Shown one piece after another: positions 47,863 through 56,595 of a DNA stretch of 64,000 nt. This stretch comes from Prochloraceae cyanobacterium (lineage in GTDB: Bacteria > Cyanobacteriota > Cyanobacteriia > Cyanobacteriales > JASJDA01). Both the position numbers and the translations under genes were made by a program. Position 1 is the first letter of the stretch. Each line of letters starts with the position of its first letter. The stretch is from positions 4,000 through 67,999 of the forward strand of contig JASJDA010000031.1 in NCBI GenBank assembly GCA_030065755.1, read 5' to 3'. The notes under the pieces were generated by a model. It was not told the DNA's origin and did no database searches. It saw only the letters and a list, made by a program, of their open reading frames with translations.

Positions 47863-50199
47863 ATGGTGCTGGTACGTCTAATTAAAAAACAACTTTGGCA
47901 GGATCGAAGTAATAAAACTAGACTAATTCTAGTAATAGTTTTATTGTGTCTAACCGTACGATCGCTACCCTATTTAGCCCCTATTAGCCCTAGGGATATA
48001 GAACAAGATCGACGGGCTATAGAATTTAGCGATCGCAACGGACTTCCCCTAGGTACTATACTCAGTCGCGATCGAAATCATACTGCTGTAGTTCCCCTCG
48101 ATCGAGTTTCTCCCCACTTCAAAAATGCTATTCTCGCAGCAGAAGACGGACGCTTTTACCACCACGGTGCATTAGAAATGGAAGCGATCGTGCGTGCAAT
48201 ATTTCTAGCTATTCAACACAAAAAAATTGTCAGTGGTGCTTCTACAATTACCATGCAACTAGCGCGAATGTTAGAACCAGCACCTCGCACACTTCCCAAC
48301 AAGATCGAAGAAATTTGGCGATCTTGGCGCTTAGTCGCAGGTATGAGCAAAGATGAGATACTTCATGCCTATATTAATCGATTGCCCATGGGAGGTAATA
48401 TATACGGAGTAGAAGCAGCATCCCGCGTTTATTTTGGCACACCTGCGGCTGAATTAAATATCGCTCGCTCGAGTCTACTAGCAGCCTTACCTAATAATCC
48501 TACTTATTTCAATCCTTACTATAACTGGGAACGGCTAAAACAACGACAGAAATACGTACTCGATCGCATGGTAGAAGATGGCTATATAACTCGCACCCAA
48601 GCAGATCTAGCCTATGCAGAAGAAATTACTCTTCAACCCCGCCAACAGGGAATTATAGCAGCACCTCACTTTTTATTCTGGCTAGCCGATCGACTTCCTC
48701 AAGATCGTCCTCCTCAGATACGCACCACCATCGATCGCTCCTTACAACAGTTTGTAGAAACTCAAGTAAAAGATATCGTCCGCACCCTCGCACCTCAAAA
48801 CGTCAGTCAAGCAGCAGTAGTAGTTATAGACAATCGTACCGGAGAAATATTAGCTTATGTTGGCTCGGTAGATTATTTTGCTCGAGGAGAATTAGGACGC
48901 AACGATGGAGTTCAATCTCTGCGTCAACCTGGTTCTACATTAAAACCTTTTCTCTATCAATTAGCCCTAGAAAAACGAATTATTCGCCCCAATACAGTTT
49001 TAGCTGACGTTCCCACCTATTACGCCATTCCTGGAGCCAAACTATACAGCCCTACAGATTATAGCGAAACCTTTGCAGGACCAGTAAGAGTTCGCATCGC
49101 CCTCGCCAATTCTTTAAACATTCCTGCAGTGCGAGTTTTAGAACGAGTTGGAGTAGATAAATTTCTCGATCGCCTGCACGAACTTGGTTTCGCAAACCTC
49201 GATCGAGCCCCAGAATACTACGGCTTAGGTTTATCTTTAGGTAGCGGCGAAGTCTCTCTCTGGGAATTAGCCCGTGCTTACCGCATTTTGGCACGAGAAG
49301 GGAAGATAACACCTACTATCACTACAATACCCCAATTTTCAGAATCAGGAACCCAAAACCTCTCCAAAAACTCCCCAACCTGGGGGCTAATTACCGATAT
49401 GTTAAGAGATCGTCACGCTCGTGCTTTAGCTTTTGGGGTTGACTCAGTTCTGAATTTACCTTTTCCCGTTGCAGTAAAAACAGGTACTTCCTCCAATTAC
49501 CGAGATACTTGGACAGTTGGCTACACTACTGACTACACCGTTGCTACCTGGGTCGGTAATTTCGATGGAAAACCCATGAAACAAGTTTCTGGGGTGGTGG
49601 GTGCAGCACCTCTGTGGCAGAGGATTATGTTACACTTGCACCAAGATTCTGAACCATCTGCTTTTTTTCCTCCTTCTAGGATGGTACAGCGTCCTATATG
49701 CGCCCTTTCAGGATTAAAACCCACTTCTGCTTGTCCTTCAGTAGTGCAGGAGTATTTTTATCGGGAAGACCTCAAAGATTACGAAAATAACCCAGATACT
49801 TTTTATGAAATAGTCGAGGGAAAATCTACTCAATATCGCCTCAATTTACCCCCAGAATACGACGAATGGCTAGCAATGCAACAGCGATCGACTTTTATTC
49901 CCAGTCAGCTTCAAATTTTATTTCCTCGTGACGGGGATCGTTTTTTAATAGATTCAGAAGGCGATACCACTTCGCAGTTAGAATTTAAAATTGCTGGAGC
50001 ATTAGAGTCGCCTTTAGAATTGTGGCTCAACGGCAAAAAATTAGCCACTAACTCCTCTAACTCTTTCTTTTGGGACTTGCGTCCTGGACAATGGACTCTA
50101 GAAGTGAAAAACGGTAGAGATAGCGATCGCCTTACTTTCTTTGTAGAATTAGCACCTAATCGAGCGACTCGTTGGGGTTTTTCCAGCGCCACTCCTTAA
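47863..50199 (+). CDS. pbpC: penicillin-binding protein 1C
   Basis: GT51 glycosyltransferase motif (AAEDGRFYHHG) and transpeptidase motifs STLKP and KTGTS. The C-terminal PBP1C-type extension brings the length to 778 aa. Confidence 0.88.
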   Translation: MVLVRLIKKQLWQDRSNKTRLILVIVLLCLTVRSLPYLAPISPRDIEQDRRAIEFSDRNGLPLGTILSRDRNHTAVVPLDRVSPHFKNAILAAEDGRFYHHGALEMEAIVRAIFLAIQHKKIVSGASTITMQLARMLEPAPRTLPNKIEEIWRSWRLVAGMSKDEILHAYINRLPMGGNIYGVEAASRVYFGTPAAELNIARSSLLAALPNNPTYFNPYYNWERLKQRQKYVLDRMVEDGYITRTQADLAYAEEITLQPRQQGIIAAPHFLFWLADRLPQDRPPQIRTTIDRSLQQFVETQVKDIVRTLAPQNVSQAAVVVIDNRTGEILAYVGSVDYFARGELGRNDGVQSLRQPGSTLKPFLYQLALEKRIIRPNTVLADVPTYYAIPGAKLYSPTDYSETFAGPVRVRIALANSLNIPAVRVLERVGVDKFLDRLHELGFANLDRAPEYYGLGLSLGSGEVSLWELARAYRILAREGKITPTITTIPQFSESGTQNLSKNSPTWGLITDMLRDRHARALAFGVDSVLNLPFPVAVKTGTSSNYRDTWTVGYTTDYTVATWVGNFDGKPMKQVSGVVGAAPLWQRIMLHLHQDSEPSAFFPPSRMVQRPICALSGLKPTSACPSVVQEYFYREDLKDYENNPDTFYEIVEGKSTQYRLNLPPEYDEWLAMQQRSTFIPSQLQILFPRDGDRFLIDSEGDTTSQLEFKIAGALESPLELWLNGKKLATNSSNSFFWDLRPGQWTLEVKNGRDSDRLTFFVELAPNRATRWGFSSATP

Positions 50200-50671
50200 A
50201 ATATATCTATTGCTAAATTTTTATTGATTTATATTTAGAATTTTTCCTAAGTTGAATTAATAAAATATAAACTACAGTTAAGAGCTAGGGGAGATTCTTA
50301 CATCCACTAAATAGAATTAGTTTAACTAATTAAAGTGGGTTGGTGTCAAGATATTTCGAGCTATATTGTTAAGAAAAAAAATCCAAAAAATATTAAACTA
50401 AGTAAGGTTAAAAATATTAAAAATAGAGATGTATTCGTATTTTCAACGTATCCCGATCGTTAATTAATAGTTTTTTAGAGAATGAGGAAGAATATAACAA
50501 AAAAAATTTTGTCTTTTTTCTAAAAACTAGAAAAGTTTATAAAAGTTGGAAAGAAAAACAAGTACGATATTAAAATTGCCAAAGGCGACGAAAAAAGAAT
50601 CTTCTATATAGAAAACATTAAAATAATTTAACGTCGCTTTGTCTAATTAACTCTCAAACTAATAAATTAAA

Positions 50672-52306
50672 GTGCCCATGAGTAAAGAAGTAAAAAATAT
50701 TACTAAAATACAAACTCGCCAGGAAAAAGAGCAAAGGTACGCACGAGAATATTCTCGTGCCAGAGAACGTGACGGAGAGAACTTAAGCGAAACAACTCGC
50801 GCTCGATTGTTCCAGCTACAACAAACATTAGGATTAGAAGATGGGGAGATAGCCTCAATAGAAGTAGAAATTACTGCTAGTTTTCGAGACTATCAAGAAA
50901 AATTGCAGCAATACGAACAGGCGTTGTTAGAAGCAACGAACAAAGAATTTCCTCTAAAAAAAGAAACTAGCGATCGATTGCAAAGATTTCAGAAATTTTT
51001 AAAACTTAGCGATAAAGATATTATTCCCCTTGAAGCCAGAATTATTGCTCAAAAACAACAAAGATATTTAGTAGAGATAGACACAGATAATAAAGAAAGC
51101 TTTAACGTCGCTCAACCTCAAGTAGAAAGAGATTTAGGGGCAGAAGATTCTTTTGAGATGGAAACCAATTCAGTTACTACAAGAGAGACTCTTTCCAAAC
51201 CAGAAGGACAAGTTACTTTTCTCTCAGCTTGGTTTGGCGCTGCTGTAGTAGCGATCGGCTTATTAGCCGGTGTATCTTGGTGGTTAATAGATAAACCGAA
51301 CTCTCCAAATAATCCATCTTCAATAGCTCTGAGCAAAGAAAATGGCAATATTAAAACATCTGTTCCTTCCTATACAGGACAGTATGACAAAGACTTTTTG
51401 AGCGTAAATAACGTACCTTCGGGAGAATTTGGCTATGGAGGGAGCGTCGCTTGGATGGAAATGTATAAAGTAATAGACCCCGCGATCGAAGCTGCAAGAC
51501 CGGAGTTTAAATTGCGCTACACTCTTCCTGAAAATGGCATTCCTAGCTCCAGTGCGGGTCTGCGCATGTTACTAGACGATCGAATAGCATTTGCTCATTC
51601 TTCTCGTCCCCTCCACGCTGACGAATATCAGAAAGCGTTAAAACTTGGCTATACTCTCAGCGAAATTACAGTAGCTTTAGAACCAATTGCGATCGTCGTC
51701 AATCCCAATTTAAACATTTCCGGTCTGACCCTGAGCCAATTAAAAGATATTTACACTGGTAAAATAACCAATTGGAATCAAGTTGGCGGTCCAAACCTAA
51801 AGATTATTCCCTATTCCTTTAACGCTAAAGATTCTGGCATAGCCGAGTTTTTCGAGCGCGATGTCATGGAGAGTCTTCCTTTTGGGAACAATGTTGTTTT
51901 CGTTCAGACAACTACCAATGCTTTGCGCGAGTTAGCAGCCAATCCTGGGGCTATTTACTATGCTTCAGCGCCAGAAGTAGTCGGTCAGTGCAGCATTAAA
52001 CTAGTGGCGATCGGTAACAATTCCGATCGATTAATTTCTCCCTATAGTGAGCCTCTCGTTCCAGCCTCCCAATGTCCAGAACGCCGCAATAAGATTAATA
52101 TGGCTGCCATGGAAACTGGTCAGTACCCAATCTTACAGCCCCTATTTGTGGCGGTTAAATATGACGGGAAAGTTAATCAACAAGCAGGTGAAGCATACGC
52201 TAATTTTATGTTGAGCGATCGAGGTCAGAAAATAATTAGACAAGCTGGGTTTATTCCCATTCGTTGTTTGTCTAAATTTATCGATAAATTAGACGCTTGT
52301 CACTAG
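50672..52306 (+). CDS. PstS-family (PBP_like_2) substrate-binding domain protein with an N-terminal repeat region and a TM anchor
   Basis: The C-terminal half resembles phosphate-binding protein folds (GGSVAW..., GLRMLLDDRIAFAHSSRPL, ITNWNQVGG). The N-terminus holds two similar L..L.L.D.DI..(I/L)E..I segments and one TM helix. GTG at 50672 or ATG at 50678. Confidence 0.65.
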   Translation: MPMSKEVKNITKIQTRQEKEQRYAREYSRARERDGENLSETTRARLFQLQQTLGLEDGEIASIEVEITASFRDYQEKLQQYEQALLEATNKEFPLKKETSDRLQRFQKFLKLSDKDIIPLEARIIAQKQQRYLVEIDTDNKESFNVAQPQVERDLGAEDSFEMETNSVTTRETLSKPEGQVTFLSAWFGAAVVAIGLLAGVSWWLIDKPNSPNNPSSIALSKENGNIKTSVPSYTGQYDKDFLSVNNVPSGEFGYGGSVAWMEMYKVIDPAIEAARPEFKLRYTLPENGIPSSSAGLRMLLDDRIAFAHSSRPLHADEYQKALKLGYTLSEITVALEPIAIVVNPNLNISGLTLSQLKDIYTGKITNWNQVGGPNLKIIPYSFNAKDSGIAEFFERDVMESLPFGNNVVFVQTTTNALRELAANPGAIYYASAPEVVGQCSIKLVAIGNNSDRLISPYSEPLVPASQCPERRNKINMAAMETGQYPILQPLFVAVKYDGKVNQQAGEAYANFMLSDRGQKIIRQAGFIPIRCLSKFIDKLDACH

Positions 52307-52360
52307 CCTCATTAGGAAATTTTAGTTGCATTCGATGTGATTTGAATAAAAATTCTGGGC

Positions 52361-52425
52361 AATCTAGGTATTAAGAGTGAAACATTTAGGTATTAAGAGT
52401 GAAAAATCGCCCAAATACCTAGATT
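52361..52425. promoter_or_regulatory. operator-like repeat cluster upstream of the three-gene operon
   Basis: The direct repeat TAGGTATTAAGAGTGAAA occurs at 52365-52382 and 52387-52404. A perfect 12-bp inverted pair is AATCTAGGTATT (52361-52372) and AATACCTAGATT (52414-52425). The cluster ends 22 nt before the ATG at 52448. Confidence 0.4.
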
Positions 52426-52447
52426 TATTTAACCCAGAATTAAAACA

Positions 52448-53128
52448 ATGTCAATACAAATAGAAGCTAAAAAGCAAACTCGTCTTTTACTAAATTTGTG
52501 GAATTTAGGTGGAATTGAAAAGGAAGTTAAATTAGGAGAACTTAACAAGCAAGTAAAACTGAATAAAGAAAAGGCAAAAGACTATCAAAAAATATACGAT
52601 CGATTAGAAAAAGAAGAAGCGATCGCCCTGACAAAGAAAGGTAACTCTACAAAAGTTTCTTTGACAAATAAGGGTTTGCAAATGTTAGATGCTGGAATTA
52701 AAAGTCCAGACTTTAAGTATAAGCCTACGCAAAAAGTTAGAACCAAAGATTTTAACGCTTTATTAAAGTGGATCGAGCATTTAGATATTGCAGTGAGTCC
52801 TAATAATCCTAATAATGGGAATACTAACGGCAAGCAAAGCGAAATAGTTTCTTACGAAGAATTTAAACAAGTAGCCTTGGATGTTTACGAAAAGCTAAAT
52901 AAAGGCTATAACTACGACGATTTAGTACCAATTTATCGCATCAGAAGAGAAATTGGGGAAAAGGTCGATCGAATTCAGTTTAATGAATGGCTGTTAGAAA
53001 TGCAAGCTAACGATATTTTCCAGCTTATGGAAGGTAGTGTCGAAGATAGCGCTCCAGATAAGATTGAAGATTCGATTACTACTGAACTTAGCGGACTGCG
53101 CTGTTATGCAAAGCGTTTAGTTGCATAG
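52448..53128 (+). CDS. hypothetical protein, two predicted winged-helix-like modules (gene A of the candidate system)
   Basis: The N-terminus (LLLNLWNLGG...IALTKKGNSTKVSLTNKGLQML) and the C-terminus (VPIYRIRREIGEKVDRIQFNEWLLEMQANDIFQLMEG) both look like wHTH DNA-binding modules. They are separated by an N/P-rich linker. This is inference only. Confidence 0.55.
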   Translation: MSIQIEAKKQTRLLLNLWNLGGIEKEVKLGELNKQVKLNKEKAKDYQKIYDRLEKEEAIALTKKGNSTKVSLTNKGLQMLDAGIKSPDFKYKPTQKVRTKDFNALLKWIEHLDIAVSPNNPNNGNTNGKQSEIVSYEEFKQVALDVYEKLNKGYNYDDLVPIYRIRREIGEKVDRIQFNEWLLEMQANDIFQLMEGSVEDSAPDKIEDSITTELSGLRCYAKRLVA

Positions 53129-53186
53129 ACGCAACACAACTATTTTTGCACATTTTATTCACTTAGAGAAACTTTTTGCCAAGACC

Positions 53187-54986
53187 ATGACTTTTTCTCC
53201 ATCTCAAATTCAAGACAAACAATTAGAAAATATTATTAAAAATTGTAATCCCTTCGATCGAGAAGTAATTGTTACAAAACAAGCTATTTGGAAAGAATCA
53301 TTTCCCGATGTTCCTTCTATTAATGCTGCTGCTTCCGATGCCGTTTTTAAGGCGATCGATAACGTTAGTAATGGACATCGTAAAGTTATAGGTATAACTC
53401 ATAGGGCTGAAAGAGGAGTAGGAAAAAGCCACATTATCAGTCGCATTCGCAGTCACATTAAAACTGAAGGTAATGCCTTTTTTGTTTATATGGGCGAATA
53501 TAGCGATTTAGATAAAATAAAACTCGAATTCCTCAATATTTTATGTGCAAGCCTCAAACAAGAAGGTTTTCAAGGAGTTATGCAATGGCAAGAATTAGCG
53601 GCTGCTTTGGTCAATGAAGCACTAGATAAAAAATATAACCTTCAAACGATACTTGAAGTTTTTCCTAATTGGTTTAAACAAACAAAACATAACTTAGTTA
53701 ATCAATTAACTCAACAAATTCTTGAGATTAAGTCTGACATCGAAGATCCCGATCTAATAACAGCAATTGTTTGCACACTTCACCCAACTTATAAAGCTTT
53801 TGCGATCAAGTGGCTTTCTGGCAAAAGTTTAACCACATCGAAAGCTGAAGAAATGGGATTACCTAATCCTAGTGAAGAGGAAAGAGAAGCTGAATGTTTT
53901 AGTAAAATTTGTCAGATTCTAGATGTAATTAGCAATTATAAAACAATAGTAATCTGTTTTGACGAACTAGATAGTACTGATTATTCTGAAAGTGGTTTTA
54001 CTAGGGCGCAGATAGTAGCTAGTTTCATTAAAGATTTATATAACAACATTAAACGGGGTGTTTTTCTAACAAGTATGTACCCTCAAACTTGGAGTAATCA
54101 TATTAATTCTTTACCACAAGCAGAAGCAGTTGTCGATCGCATTGGCTCACACATCATTGACCTCAAATATCTTAATTCTAATGACGTATTGACTTTAGTT
54201 TCTTGTTATTTAAAAGAGTTTTATACCGAACAAGGATTAACACCTCCTCATTCAGTTTATCCTTTTACAGAGACTCAATTAAGAACACTAGGGACAGAAA
54301 GACCCACCGTTAGAAAGGTTTTAAATTGGTGTAAGGATAAATGGAGGTCAGGTCCAATAATAGATCCACGTAAATTAGCTTATAACAATGAGCTTCAAAA
54401 TATTGAAGCAGATTTTATGGAGGATAAAGCAAAATTAGCGAAAGCAATGATTTTTGCTTTTAATAGAATAATTGGACAAAAAGTAGAAGGGGTTCAAGTA
54501 GAAAAAATTGAAACTATCCTAGAGCCTTACAATGAATATATAAACTTCAAAATTATTGGAAAAGAAAAAGGAAAAACTGTCAAAATTGGTGTGGCAATAA
54601 TGCAATCTTCCAATGGCAACAGGATTGGGGCTTGTTTAAGACATTTAAGTCAATATCAGATATACGATCTGACCCGCGGTTGTTTGGTTCGTTCTACAAG
54701 AATTAATCCTACTTCAAGAGTAGCCCGTCAAAGATTAAATGTACTTTTAAATGAAAAACGAGGAGCATGGGTCTTATTAAAAGAAGAACAAGTTAGACCT
54801 TTGATTGCCATTTATGCTGTTTATAGTGCTAGAGAAAATTATGAGTTAAGTGATCGAGAGATTTTTGAGTTTATATCTCAAAAAAAATTAGCATTAGATA
54901 ATCCTTTACTAAAAGAAATTTTGAGTAATACTTGCGGAAAAATACCTGAAAATGCAGATGATGAAGATATAGTTTATGGAAGCTAA
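53187..54986 (+). CDS. P-loop NTPase (STAND/ORC-like AAA-type), gene B of the candidate system
   Basis: Walker A AERGVGKS is at 53406-53429 and Walker B IVICFDELD at 53946-53972. The track ORF starts at an alternative TTG at 53121, overlapping gene A. The ATG at 53187 is chosen here. Confidence 0.7.
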   Translation: MTFSPSQIQDKQLENIIKNCNPFDREVIVTKQAIWKESFPDVPSINAAASDAVFKAIDNVSNGHRKVIGITHRAERGVGKSHIISRIRSHIKTEGNAFFVYMGEYSDLDKIKLEFLNILCASLKQEGFQGVMQWQELAAALVNEALDKKYNLQTILEVFPNWFKQTKHNLVNQLTQQILEIKSDIEDPDLITAIVCTLHPTYKAFAIKWLSGKSLTTSKAEEMGLPNPSEEEREAECFSKICQILDVISNYKTIVICFDELDSTDYSESGFTRAQIVASFIKDLYNNIKRGVFLTSMYPQTWSNHINSLPQAEAVVDRIGSHIIDLKYLNSNDVLTLVSCYLKEFYTEQGLTPPHSVYPFTETQLRTLGTERPTVRKVLNWCKDKWRSGPIIDPRKLAYNNELQNIEADFMEDKAKLAKAMIFAFNRIIGQKVEGVQVEKIETILEPYNEYINFKIIGKEKGKTVKIGVAIMQSSNGNRIGACLRHLSQYQIYDLTRGCLVRSTRINPTSRVARQRLNVLLNEKRGAWVLLKEEQVRPLIAIYAVYSARENYELSDREIFEFISQKKLALDNPLLKEILSNTCGKIPENADDEDIVYGS

Positions 54987-55009
54987 TTGATTTAAGGAAT
55001 ACAAGACAA

Positions 55010-56479
55010 ATGGATAATAATAGATCTATTTCCATTGCTACAGCTTTACGCTTACCAGCACCAGATATAACAGCATTAATAGAAGGTCGATCGCTGGTAG
55101 CTATATCTCGCATTTTTATCAACCCAGAAAAAACATTTGCTCTTTATCCCAGCGATACTTCTAGTAATGCTTTACCTAACCAACAATATTATCGTCCTAA
55201 TTTTCTCGATACAGCAGAAAAAGCGATCGCAGAGTTGAATGACCATACTGTTGACATTAAAGCATGGGCGAAGTGCTATAAATGTGAAATTATTAACCAA
55301 GAAGATAAGGATAGTTTTGAGATCCTGTCTCAGCTTACAGTCTGGACTGAGGATGCTTGGGAAAAAACTATATCCCAACGAGGACATATATTTTTAACTT
55401 ACCTCAGAGTGTATCCTTTACCCGAAATACTCAATATCCCTGTTTCTTCTAACTCTCGCTTCGTCTCCTTACCAATACCGATCGCACTCAGCCAAATAAA
55501 CCCAATATTAAGCGATCTCACTTTCGATCGACGCAGTCATGAGTTAGAAAACCGCATCCCACCAAAACATCCAGAATTAGAACAACTAATAAGTGGTCTT
55601 GCTCCTCTTTCAGATAATAACCTGGGTGCTAAACAACTCGATCGCAATATAAGAAACTTTCTCGGTTGGAATAATAAACAGTCCGAGTCAAATATAGACC
55701 CCGATCTAATCTGGATAGAAAGAATAGCTACAGTTGGAAACTCTAGCGACGGTAACGAGTTTGAAAAATTAGTAAGAAAAGGTTTAATTAAGTTAGGTTT
55801 TGGCAACTATAATACCAATCCTAAAGCAAGTCTCGATCCTGAAGCTACTGGAGGGGCTGGAGGAATAGATTTCTATTGCGAAACTCCTTATCCAGTAGTA
55901 GGAGAATGTAAAGCAACCCAAACAGAAACAGTCCCCAGTAGCACACCAGGACAACTAATTCAATTAGGTAACAATCATCTGGGTAGAGAGAAATACGATC
56001 GCTGTCTCAAATTAATTGTAGCGGCTGGCAGACTAACACAAGATGCACAACTTACGGCTATGAACAATCAAATAAGTGTAATTCGTCCCGAAACTTTGCA
56101 AAAATTAGTAGAAATGCAAGCAAAATATCGAAACTCGATCGATCTTTTCAAACTTAAAGAATGCTTGCAAGATGCTTATGGTTTAGCCGACGATCGAGTA
56201 GAAGAATATTTAAGAGACATCAGTCAAGAAATTGAAATAAGATCGCACATAGTCAAAGTTGTTAAAAATTATTTAGAAAATACTCAATCTAAGGATGTCG
56301 TGCTAGAAGCCATACATGGAGCTTTTGTTAATTCCAACCCACCCAAACCTTTAAACAGAGAAGAAATAAAAGACATTTTAATCGAATTATCTTCACCGCT
56401 AGCAGGATATTTAGGACGCAAAAGAGGAAGAAATGGAGCCGATCGCTTTTATTTTTTGCGAGATTTATCGATTAATTAG
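55010..56479 (+). CDS. DUF1802-like N-terminal domain fused to an Mrr-type PD-(D/E)xK restriction-endonuclease-like domain (gene C of the candidate system)
   Basis: The C-terminal half has NEFEKLVRKGLIKLGF...GGAGGIDFYCE...VVGECKA. The Asp is at 55868-55870 and E-C-K at 55904-55912. This is the Mrr_cat signature. The N-terminal ALRLPAPDITALIEGRSLVAISR...FALYPS...IFLTYLRVYPLP pattern recalls DUF1802. Confidence 0.7.
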   Translation: MDNNRSISIATALRLPAPDITALIEGRSLVAISRIFINPEKTFALYPSDTSSNALPNQQYYRPNFLDTAEKAIAELNDHTVDIKAWAKCYKCEIINQEDKDSFEILSQLTVWTEDAWEKTISQRGHIFLTYLRVYPLPEILNIPVSSNSRFVSLPIPIALSQINPILSDLTFDRRSHELENRIPPKHPELEQLISGLAPLSDNNLGAKQLDRNIRNFLGWNNKQSESNIDPDLIWIERIATVGNSSDGNEFEKLVRKGLIKLGFGNYNTNPKASLDPEATGGAGGIDFYCETPYPVVGECKATQTETVPSSTPGQLIQLGNNHLGREKYDRCLKLIVAAGRLTQDAQLTAMNNQISVIRPETLQKLVEMQAKYRNSIDLFKLKECLQDAYGLADDRVEEYLRDISQEIEIRSHIVKVVKNYLENTQSKDVVLEAIHGAFVNSNPPKPLNREEIKDILIELSSPLAGYLGRKRGRNGADRFYFLRDLSIN

Positions 56480-56483
56480 GAGT

Positions 56484-56588
56484 CAGGGAACAGAGAACAG
56501 TGCTAGTTTTTAGGCTATTTATACCCCGCATAAGACTTAAAACGTGCGATCGATCTATCTGTTCCCTGTTGCCTATTCCCTGTTCCCC
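56484..56588. terminator. long-range inverted STRR-type repeat between convergent genes
   Basis: CAGGGAACAG (56484-56493) pairs perfectly with CTGTTCCCTG (56559-56568). Further CCCTGTT/CCTATTC units extend to 56588. It lies between the gene C stop and the cobK stop. Confidence 0.5.
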
Positions 56589-56595
56589 TTAATTT

